Positions 27,201 to 39,200 of a DNA stretch of 64,000 nucleotides are shown here, one piece after another. This stretch comes from Botryllus schlosseri (lineage: Eukaryota). A model generated the notes under the pieces. It ran no database searches, had not been told where the DNA came from, and saw only the letters and a program-made list of their open reading frames with translations. The DNA is taken from NCBI GenBank assembly GCA_051294905.1, contig CM119371.1, positions 13,394,001 through 13,458,000 on the forward strand. The letters run 5' to 3'. The translations under genes and the position numbers were made by a program. Position 1 is the stretch's first letter; the number at the start of each line of letters is the position of its first letter.

Positions 27201-30200
27201 TTCGAATGAGAGAGCGTTCAATGTACTATTTTTAGGTGGTACACGAACTCCTTTTGTTGACAGAGTTTTGGTTGGTGTATTTTGATAAAAGTTGATTCCA
27301 AGGCACACAAATGGAATTGTGAACGGCCTCGACCTACGATTCGAAATCGGTCGTCTTGATAATTATTCGCACAAATCGGATTATCCAACAGATGTTTGCC
27401 GATGGCAGAATTAATTGCCTTTGATCGATCAGCATCAATCTTAAGTGGATGAGTTAAGGGTGAGCTTTTCACATCGCGTGACGCACGTGTTCTGATAAAT
27501 CTGGGGACATGTTGGTTTATGCGGTCCTGCAGACGTCTTGACGTTCTTCCCACGTAGCCACAATCACAGTGGCACCTATATTCGTACACTACATTACTTT
27601 GTTGAAGTGCAGGAAGCACGTCTTTGCGTGTTGAAGGGAGCAGTTGTGTTGTTGTAAAAATCACATTGGTTTTGACTGTATCGTAACATTTACCTACAGC
27701 AGAAATCAATTGTTTTTCAAAGCGGGTGGAAATGGGGCCAATCCAAGGTAGATGGATATAAACATCTTTTATTGTTCGTGCGGTGGGCTCTGTTCGTTTT
27801 TCTGCGTTGAATTGCGTTAATTTCCTCTCCATGCCGCGGCTGATGACGTGTTCAGGGTAACCGTTATCAAGTAAGATTTTTCGGATGTAGTCAAGTTCTA
27901 AACTCAGTTTGTTACCCGAACATATCATCAACGCTCTATGCACGAGTGTGCCTATGAGGTTAATTTTTCTGCGCCGAGGACTAAATGAATTCCAGCGAAG
28001 GTATTGGCCTGTGAATGTCGGTTTTCTGAAAACAGACGTTTCAAATTTGTTGGTATTGCGCTTTTCAACTAATACGCAATAACTCATTATCATTTCTGGA
28101 CGTATTAGTTGAAAAGCGCAATACCAACAAATTTGAAACGTCTGTTTTCAGAAAACCGACATTCACAGGCCAATACCTTCGCTGGAATTCATTTAGTCCT
28201 CGGCGCAGAAAAATTAACCTCATAGGCACACTCGTGCATAGAGCGTTGATGATATGTTCGGGTAACAAACTGAGTTTAGAACTTGACTACATCCGAAAAA
28301 TCTTACTTGATAACGGTTACCCTGAACACGTCATCAGCCGCGGCATGGAGAGGAAATTAACGCAATTCAACGCAGAAAAACGAACAGAGCCCACCGCACG
28401 AACAATAAAAGATGTTTATATCCATCTACCTTGGATTGGCCCCATTTCCACCCGCTTTGAAAAACAATTGATTTCTGCTGTAGGTAAATGTTACGATACA
28501 GTCAAAACCAATGTGATTTTTACAACAACACAACTGCTCCCTTCGACACGCAAAGACGTGCTTCCTGCACTTCAACAAAGTAATGTAGTGTACGAATATA
28601 GGTGCCACTGTGATTGTGGCTACGTGGGAAGAACGTCAAGACGTCTGCAGGACCGCATAAACCAACATGTCCCCAGATTTATCAGAACACGTGCGTCACG
28701 CGATGTGAAAAGCTCACCCTTAACTCATCCACTTAAGATTGATGCTGATCGATCAAAGGCAATTAATTCTGCCATCGGCAAACATCTGTTGGATAATCCG
28801 ATTTGTGCGAATAATTATCGAGACGACCGATTTCGAATCGTAGGTCGAGGCCGTTCACAATTCCATTTGTGTGCCTTGGAATCAACTTTTATCAAAATAC
28901 ACCAACCAAAACTCTGTCAACAAAAGGAGTTCGTGTATCACCTAAAAATAGTACATTGAACGCTCTCTCATTCGAAATTTCATGCTGGTGACGTCATATT
29001 TTGTGATACGATTGTTGATATACAATGTTCTTTCCAATTCTCTACTAGTTGCTGACGATTACCCCTGACGAGTGTCAGCCGAAAATATTCGGGTTCATTT
29101 CAATATGAATATACTATTTAATTGTATATTGAAGTTCTGTACCTCCAAGAAGCTCTTCAAATATTTCCGAAAGCGGTACAGTGAAAGTCAGTTGCGTATC
29201 CTAAACCAGCTGATAAAGACTAGGGGAAGATTGAGAACTGCGGTATCAACAACAGCCTTTTTGAAGGCTTGTATCGCAAAAAAGACGTTACCAGCATTTA
29301 TCAAAAGCAGGATAGAAAAATCACGCGCCCGCCTCAATCCTAGAATGGAACAAGCGTTTTTATATGACGAGATTGGGAAGAATGAGAAGTTGGTTACTAC
29401 TCTCCGCCGTGTTTGTCGATCGCTGCAGAAGGAAGTACGTTCAATCCTGTCGTTCTTCGACTTATTTCGCTTCTGCCGTTATTTGGCATCGATAGATACT
29501 ATCAAAGAAAAGCAGAATTCAACAAGGAACGAACGTGGCATTAACCGCTTAGTTAGCCAGCGATTCGGTAGCAATGCAAGTCCAAGCAAGAAGAATATAC
29601 TCAACTTATCAGATCATAAGCTAAGCCCGACTGAAGAATTTGTTTTATCCCATGGGCTCAATTTTTGCCTGCCGCCTACCACTGTCAAGAATGAGGAGGT
29701 ATTTGCGGAATTTGAAGTTCTCCTCGGCCAATTAAAACACCACGAACCTAAATCAGACGAGGGTATACCTGCTCTCAAAGCTCGGTTATCAGATTTGGCG
29801 CATTCGTATTGTGGATGCCCGGTCGACAAGGCGGACTTCCTGATGAACAAAGAGTGTTTCCTAGCCATCAAAGCATTGCGATCCAACCCTGAAATCCACA
29901 TCACCAAACCAGACAAAGGATCCGGTGTTGTCATTCTGAACAAAGCTGACTACATTTCGAAAATGGAATCAATATTGCATGACAAAACCAAATTTATCTC
30001 GCTTGGTTCGGTTTCGGAATTTGATAATACACCTAAAATTGAAAGACGACTGACCAACCGTTTGCTGACATTGAAGAAAAACGGTGTCCTAACGGCAGAA
30101 ACATACAGCGCCATCAGACCGACGGGATCGCAAAGACCACGCATGTACGGACTGCCAAAAACTCACAAAGACAATGTCCCAGTGAGACCTATACTTTCCA

Positions 30201-33200
30201 TGATCGGGTCTGCTCACCATCAGCTGGCAAAATGGCTTATTGACATTTTGGAACCGGTTCGGGAATTGTACGGCACGGAATGTGTTCGCGATTCGTTCAC
30301 GTTCGCTGGTGAAATACGAAACCTGGATTTGCCGAATCCAGACGTGTTTCTGAGCTCATTTGATATCTCTAGTCTTTTTACGAACGTTCCGCTGCATGAG
30401 ACTATTGATATTTGTGCCAACGCGCTGTACGGTGGTAAGTTACCGCCACCATCAATCCCGCGTAACGTCTTTGTTGAACTTTTACAAGCGGCAACTTGCT
30501 GCGTGGAATTTAGCTTTAACGAGGTCATGTTTCGCCAAATAGACGGCTTAGCCATGGGAAGTCCCCTGAGACCTATTTTGGCCAATATTTTCGTAGGGTA
30601 TTACGAGGGCGAGCTTCTGTCCCAGCGTGAGTCCGCCAAACCACTATTGTACCGCCGATACGTAGATGATACATTTGTCATTTTCAGGAATGAATCGGAG
30701 TGTGACCAATTTCTCATTCGCTTAAACTCGCTTCACCCGGCCTTGCAATTCACAATAGAAAAAGAACGCAATAACTCATTATCATTTCTGGACGTATTAG
30801 TTGAAAAGCGCAATACCAACAAATTTGAAACGTCTGTTTTCAGAAAACCGACATTCACAGGCCAATACCTTCGCTGGAATTCATTTAGTCCTCGGCGCAG
30901 AAAAATTAACCTCATAGGCACACTCGTGCATAGAGCGTTGATGATATGTTCGGGTAACAAACTGAGTTTAGAACTTGACTACATCCGAAAAATCTTACTT
31001 GATAACGGTTACCCTGAACACGTCATCAGCCGCGGCATGGAGAGGAAATTAACGCAATTCAACGCAGAAAAACGAACAGAGCCCACCGCACGAACAATAA
31101 AAGATGTTTATATCCATCTACCTTGGATTGGCCCCATTTCCACCCGCTTTGAAAAACAATTGATTTCTGCTGTAGGTAAATGTTACGATACAGTCAAAAC
31201 CAATGTGATTTTTACAACAACACAACAGCTCCCTTCAACACGCAAAGACGTGCTTCCTGCACTTCAACAAAGTAATGTAGTGTACGAATATAGGTGCCAC
31301 TGTGATTGTGGCTACGTGGGAAGAACGTCAAGACGTCTGCAGGACCGCATAAACCAGGGGTCGGCAACCTTTTGCTAGTCGCGGGCCAAATTTCGGGTGT
31401 ACAATCTTTGGCGGGCCGGATTGTTTCTTAGTACTATATTTTACGCTCACTTCGGTATATTAACCTACATTGCTGCAATCTCAATCATACCAATCCGAAG
31501 TCACATGTACTTACACTTCAACGACACAGAATAATTGTGACAATTGACGCAGCTTGCTTTGTGAAAGGTTTTCAACTTCTGGAAACAAGTCAGATGAAAC
31601 AAGAATCAGACCCTATTCAAAATGGACGTCCGAAATACGTGATCTTAGCTTGCTCTTCGTGAATTTCATTGTTCAAAGCTGTTGTTCACATGCGTACGTG
31701 CTTCCAAAAATCGATGCAATTTCTTTTGCATTGCTGGTCAAGCTGGGATAAAGACCAATTTCAAGAACGTAGTCTTTGTCAAAGTCATGCAGCGATATGC
31801 TCTTTGTATAAAATTTGTCATTCAATTCAACTGCATCGTATTTCAAAAAGGCCCATTTGAAATTTTCAGGCAATGGTATTGGCGTCCACATTAAACAGAG
31901 TACTGAATAGTCAGAATTCATTTTGTAGAGAAGGAATGTCGGAAAAGAGGGTGAATATTCAGTAGTTAAATTTCGTATCACAGTTACAAATGTAGTGTTG
32001 GTACTAGGTTTTCTCTCCTCCAGTATAGGAAAGTGAGCATAATTTTCTTTGTACTGTTGACATTTCCAGAGTCACAGATTTGTTTTGAATGCGCCTCAAC
32101 ATCTCATGTAGTTGTTTTCCCCTGAAGTTCCAAGTTCAATTTGTTCAGATGTGACGTTGAGAGTTACCCATTTTCGATTACAAGATTATGTATGAGTCGG
32201 CGATATTTGTATTTTCGAGGAAAGTTGCTATTTCATTTCTCAGTTCATACACTCGTGTAAGTATAGCTGCTCTACTCAATGAGCGAACATGACAGATATA
32301 GGCCTACATGACATCGCCATATTGATTCTCTGCTTCTAGTAATATCTGGCGTAACTGGTTCAGTTGATTAGACAAAAATCATATACAGTTTTCACCATTG
32401 TGGCTAATACACTATACAGGTTTTTTTGTCTGGGCACACAATGGCTTCTGGAAAATCAAACTATAGACAGGCTAACTAACATACGGAGGCTATATAGTTA
32501 TCTATAATTGAATAGTTTGAAATTCCGTCATTGCGTCTTGAGATGCTCCAAGCGTTTTTTGAAGCAAAGGAAGAACACGTTTATTGTCACACCCCGTTAG
32601 AGTGATTAACCTTTAAAAAAGCCTGGAACACCTTCGGTTGCGAGATACACCCGATTGATAAGCACTGATCCAGTCTAGTCTATCTCCATCTCCTACTTCA
32701 ACCACCTTCGTTTTATGGCGTAACAATAGACTAATACGATGTATAGGCTACTAATATATTGTAGCAATGCATCTTTTTTCATGCAGCGCTGCACTGCAGA
32801 TTGAAACTCATTATGAAGCGGCGGGCCGTATTCTTGTGATTACTAATTATTATGTCGCGGGCCGGACGATTTCGCTTGGCGGGCCGGATCCGGCCCGCGG
32901 GCCGTAGGTTGCCGACCCTTGGCATAAACCAACATGTCCCCAGATTTATCAGAACACGTGCGTCACGCGATGTGAAAAGCTCACCCTTAACTCATCCACT
33001 TAAGATTGATGCTGATCGATCAAAGGCAATTAATTCTGCCATCGGCAAACATCTGTTGGATAATCCGATTTGTGCGAATAATTATCGAGACGACCGATTT
33101 CGAATCGTAGGTCGAGGCCGTTCACAATTCCATTTGTGTGCCTTGGAATCAACTTTTATCAAAATACACCAACCAAAACTCTGTCAACAAAAGGAGTTCG

Positions 33201-36200
33201 TGTATCACCTAAAAATAGTACATTGAACGCTCTCTCATTCGAAATTTCATGCTGGTGACGTCATATTTTGTGATACGATTGTTGATATACAATGTTCTTT
33301 CCAATTCTCTACTAGTTGCTGACGATTACCCCTGACGAGTGTCAGCCGAAAATATTCGGGTTCATTTCAATATGAATATACTATTTAATTGTATATTGAA
33401 GTTCTGTACCTCCAAGAAGCTCTTCAGTAAATTTTACGCAAAATTCGGTGTTGGTCTGTTCGCATTAATTTTGACAGTGTACCATACCGAAAGGGCCATG
33501 AGGCCACTTCTCGATGATGTCATGTAACAGTGTACTAAGTTTAAAGCTTTCATCCACGTATTTATTCGGTAATATATTTTCCAAAGGCGATTTCGCAGCA
33601 GACCTATAGACAGTAATAAAGCCGTGTGTGTCGTGTTGCAGTCTCCAGTTTCAAGGCCAAAATCTCCTATGCTGTACCGAGACCGAATTTCCGAGGCTGC
33701 TCTTCTTAGTTCTTCAGAATGATGTTTTGGATTCAATATGACAGGCCCAATCTATGAGATAACAATTGCGTATCTGTCCGAACTCGTTGACATTTCCAAT
33801 TAGGCTTACGCTATCTCTCGAGTTATAGTCATTTCCAAGTCTAGTGCGAACATGAACCGTGTTGAATCTTTGTTCCGTACGCCGTTTACGCAGTTACCAC
33901 ACTTCAAGTCACAGCTCACCAGCGGACCTCTCGTGGCACATACGTTAAAATCACTGTTGCCGGCAAATTCATGTTACCGTACCATCATTACGTTACTTGT
34001 TTACGTTGAAAAGCTTCTTGGAGGTACAGAACTTCAATAAACAATTGAACAGTATATTCATATTGAAATGAACCCGAATATTTTCGGCTGACACTCGTTG
34101 GAAAACGCCATTGTGACGTCATCTTAATAAAAAGTCGCTTGCAGCCCTGCCCCACCACCCGATATTGTCACGAGCCGCCACTGGCATATCCTAACTGAAG
34201 CAAGTCTGCGTGGGCATCGGTTTTGGCAAGTTTTCCATGTAACAATTGGTCAGTTTTGAAGTCCAAAAAAGATTTTATCCGGTCAAACTACTACCCTGCA
34301 ATTTGGAGATAAGCCAGCTGCGATTAACACCAGTGGTTTCCAACCTGTGTCACCTCACCCCCCCCCCCCATATTTACGGTCCGAAAAATATAGCACATAA
34401 ACGGGAATTTATTCACTGGACTCTCATCGATGGTGCAGTGAGTATGAAAAGATCATTTTTCCGACTAGGTGCTCGGAAAACCGGTTTACGCGTTCACTCT
34501 CCGTTGAGTTTTCGCTCCCTATCGCTACCCAGTCGTCCCTATGGGATTTTCCGCACCTTGTTTCTCAAAATGGCCCACCAGGGGATGCGATTTTGCCCAC
34601 GTTGGGAGCCAATGAATTAACAGCTAAAATGTATGCAACGCATTGACCACATCTGCTTTTTGGAAATACGTACGTGGGAAATTTTCGGACATACTTTATA
34701 GACTTCTACTTGAAGCAGTTTCGAAAAGTCTTGCAAATCATTACCTCTACTTCTACTTGAGTATTAACGATGACTACTGGACAGCGTCTGATTATATCCT
34801 AATCTTTGTCGCTGGAACAACGCCACATTCATTCATGCATTCATTCATTCCCAATTTCATTCCCTTTCATCAGTTACATACTGTGTTCGCTATACTATTA
34901 TCAAAGTGAGCTATACATTCTATATGCGATTTCCAACCCACGACGCGCTTGACATCAGTCTGCATGATTCACACCCGCCATTATAGGCTACTTACCACAA
35001 CGCCGACGGTATCCATTAATATTGCGAAGTTGGTTAAGTGATTACATTCGCATTCTGTTCGGTTGCCATCCGTGTGCAATACTCTGCACCCTTTCGAGGA
35101 CCAAAACCCTGGGAATGTGTTTCCAGCTATGCGGTGACCTTTTTCCCAGTATACACATCTGGGAAAGTGATATATCAATGGCCGATTAGGTGAACTGACT
35201 GGCTAAGCGGTGAGTATATCATCCACATTGAGTGTATATTTCGAACATCAAAATTGAAGAAATCCCGTCGTGAATATCTAAAGATCACTGCTAGCTGGTA
35301 TGTGGAAGCTCATGGAATCATGGAAATAAAACTGGATACAGTCATTGATACCTCTTGTTCAATTCAATATTGCCAATCCCATTTTTGAAAAGCAGGGCTG
35401 ACATCCACCATGAGCATGGATTCCGAATAGTAGTTGAGAAAAAGAGAACATCAACATTATAACCGAATTTGAATTTTATCTGAATTCGAACGTGGGAATG
35501 GATTTTTTATTAATAATTGATCATTATCATTTCAATGCTACTATTGGAAAACCTGATCAAAATGAACTGGTGTATCTTACTCATTTACACCAACTGGAAC
35601 GGTTGTGAGGGCCGAATTACATACCAGGAAGTACCGCCTGAATGATTTGCACCTCAGGCTGTGGTAAAGATTTCGTACATAGTACTATTTCCACCCATTC
35701 ATTTCCATAAGTCATCATCCATAGGATTTGTTAAGATTGCAGTGAAGCTGAATTCTAGAATCCGGCTTTCAAGCAGGAGAGTATTTGCAATTCATTTGTA
35801 GCAAGCGGATTCGGGGTGGGGTTGGGAAGTCAGTCCTGCACTACAAACCTCGGACTTATTAGACCTTTGGTTATATTTCGCTTCGTGAGTTTCTGGTAAA
35901 ACTGTTACCCTACAAGCAAGACACGAATTCAAAACGCACATAACCGAGGGTATACAATCACTGAAACAATACTTACTTTACACCGATGATATTGGCCTCA
36001 ATATGTTCCTTGTGTTGCAATGATATAATCACTTTCTCTCTTTTGAACTGCCCGGCATAAGCTGGTCGTATGGATGCCGCTAAAATTCTGGTCACAATTT
36101 TCGATGTCGACGTTGCATTTTCAATACTTTCATTGACAGGATTTTGTGGTGCTTTCGCAAATGTTCTGCCTTCTGAAAATAAGTCCCAATCGATCAGTAC

Positions 36201-39200
36201 ATGTGAGCAAATACCACAATGTATGTAAATGGATCAAAACCTCACAAATATAATTTCTTTATTCGCAATTGAATAACATATTTATATTGAAATACGCCGA
36301 AATGTTTTAGCCTGACACTCGTCAGGGGTAATCGTCAGCAAGTTAGCATGAATATGTTATTCAATAGTATTGAAATCCCATCTCTTCAAATTATTCAGAA
36401 TTAAAACAATAAGTACTCCGGCTTGAAACACTGCTGTTGTAAAAGAGGAGTATTTTAAAGTTACGCTGAGTGTGTGATTCAACAATGCATAGCCTACTGA
36501 CTGTCTGGAAACATCCGTGCACTTGTTATTAAAGCACACCAACGACCAGCATAAATGTTAACGTCATGCAGAAAGCAAAATCACTCAAGAATATACTTTT
36601 CTCACGCAGCAGCCGTTCCAAGCTCTCGTACAAAATGAAAACAATGTCAACTTTTCCGCCCACAATAGGTTCTACAGGTATCAACGCTGATCCATACTTC
36701 GCAATGCTTGAGGATATGTTTATTCTCTTTATGGCAGCTGTGGCGACACATGACGTCATCTGGAATAAGTGATGAATAATACTTCAATTTAAAATAAAAT
36801 TATATATGTAATAATTAATTGCCTAAAGATGAATGAATGGTAACATTGGAATCATGGCGTATATAATAGTGCATTAGGTCGATTGTGCCTTTGGCGCTGA
36901 ATTATGCAAGATTTCTACATCGTCATGGTCACATATGTTCATAAACTGAAGAGTTTTATGGTGGAATTCGTGAATTATCATCTTTTGTCTTCTGCTAGAA
37001 TACATCTCACTTCACGCTCGATTTCCTTCACCCTATTGCAACTAGACCAGTGACTCCTATCCTCTTGGAAACCACTGAACCACCCGACAATCACCATATG
37101 TATGCCTTCATTGAATTCTTCGTAGTTGGAAAATTAAACTGTTCTTCTTTCAGTAATTTTATATCAGGCTAAGCGTAAAAAAAACGGAATGAAATGCGTC
37201 TTTATTTCATTATCACAGTTATAGAAGATTTGAATTGTAATCTAGTTAAGGCACTGTAATCCACAACAAATCATTCAGGAAGATAAAAATCGACATATTT
37301 CCGAACAATTATAGCCCAGCGACACGGCAACGAGTGATTCACACCGAGTTTCCAATGAGCGGCAATGAAGTGTCAGGACGAAATGAACCAGTTACCTTTT
37401 AGGAGATAATTTAAGGTTTGCCGGACTTCAGATTGGTAAATGCCACTTTCATATCATTTTTGTAGCAAAATCTGCTGCCTTCTTTCATTTTCATATTACT
37501 CATACACGTGTAGGACTGATCTAGCAGACATCTTGAAGCAAACGCTATTGGCATCTCAAAGCCTTGACATCCGACAAACCCCTGAGACTGATTCACTGAT
37601 ACTCTTGAATTCGATCGCACCCGTATTAAGAACCATTGGAGCAGACATTTAAATTTGAGGATAAATAATATCGGGTTAACATACGACCCGGTAATTAAAT
37701 AAGCTGGTTCGAGGTTCGGAACTAGAAGATTGCTGTCATTGCAACATTCATTCCATTATTACATAAATTGATATAATAAATAGAATTCAGGCATACCTAT
37801 CTAGTTTTTGCCATACAAGTGGAAGTTCCTGAAATTCTGGACCTGTCAGCCTTCGCCAACCAACAATAAAGTCCAAACTGTGACTCAATAAACCTACACG
37901 ATATATTAAAACAGTGTATTTGCCGATTTCCACCAGCTCGTAAACTGCATACCAAGTAAATAGCACTTTCTCGCGCAGAAACTTATCCCAAAAGTATTTT
38001 CGACTTATCAAAATCCAAAGTTCAAACAGTAAGTATAGTTGTGCCTAAATAACTGTTCATGCAGAAATAGAATTACTTTAACGGCGAAAACGCTTGAGCA
38101 AGTATTACAGGTAGGCAAAACCGACTTGGGTAATAGAAAAAAATCGAAATACTTCGTGACGGATCACCTATGATAAAGATCGAGTCTCTGTGCCAACATC
38201 ATACCTGAATCACCGCATTTGACCCCATCAAAATCTCAGTCTTGGTGTTGTTAAAAAACGACGCTTGTAAAAAAGCTGCGCTTTCTAGAGTGTTAGATAT
38301 CAGTTCTCCGTGACTTGAAATATTCTGAAACACGGAAGGTTTAGGCGTTTTGTCCCGGTCTTCTACGATGAACGTACATGGGATAGCGCCCTTACGTGTT
38401 GCAGTTCATCCCAAGCTGCCGAATTCCTCTCGCTGAGCAGGCCGTCGACCGTTTTCACAACAGATTTGGCAATTTCGCCGGCAACTTTTCCATCACGTAC
38501 AACCCCCGAGGACGCAAGCTCTATCAATCTGCGGGAAAACATCAAATACTCGTGAACGTATTGAAAACAGTGATTCTCAAACTTATCAGAAGGGTTTGTT
38601 TAGAAACGCGGGTTAATGAACGTGAAAGTCGCAGCCTGTTTTCATGAATGATTATTATTTGAGCACTTGATTAATATATATATACTTGATTTACGATTTC
38701 CGTCATGAAAATCTTTTTTTTCCCACTGTTATCTAGCTCAAAGTAAAGTATACATTCTGGCTGGAGTGCTGGGTTCGTCTCAGGGCCCAATCGCGTATTT
38801 TGTCCTCTAATTTAGAACTACTCACGACCCTCATTTCAATGCACGAAATGACAATATAAGTTCCGAACGAATTCATTTATGGTATCTCTTGTTGATAATA
38901 AGGGTGACAACATTGGTTGTCGATTTTTAGAGAATTTGCATAAATTGATTCTGGAATGTAAGTGATTTGAAAACATAGATGGTAATAAATGTTTTTCCAA
39001 ATGTCATAAAATTAAATATGTAATATCCTAGAAAAAGATGTAACTACAGTCGACTCCACTTCATTCCAGCATCGGATAGCCCGGATGACCGCTTTATTCG
39101 GTCAAAATGCTCAGAAACGGAAAAAGTGAAAATTACAAGTAAAAAACGCCGGTTGATTCGGACAATTATCCGCTGAATTCGAGCACAGGTTGCAATTTCT

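Larger units (their letters stand above)
24359..33426. mobile_element. Penelope-like element (GIY-YIG type): head-to-head inverted pair of partial tandem arrays
   Basis: Left arm 24359-28076 (minus), right arm 28074-33426 (plus); shared TSD tcagtaaattttac at 24348-24361 and 33424-33437. Confidence 0.95.
23098..34183. mobile_element. hAT-type non-autonomous element enclosing the Penelope palindrome (11 kb composite)
   Basis: TIR cagtggcggctcgt/acgagccgccactg, perfect TSD gcatatcc (23090-23097 / 34184-34191). Confidence 0.88.

Noticed and set aside
29072..29104. GTG start (MSAENIRVHFN) for the PLE ORF
   Set aside because: Lies inside the ribozyme, upstream of the predicted cut; the first ATG is at 29105 (27072 on the left arm)
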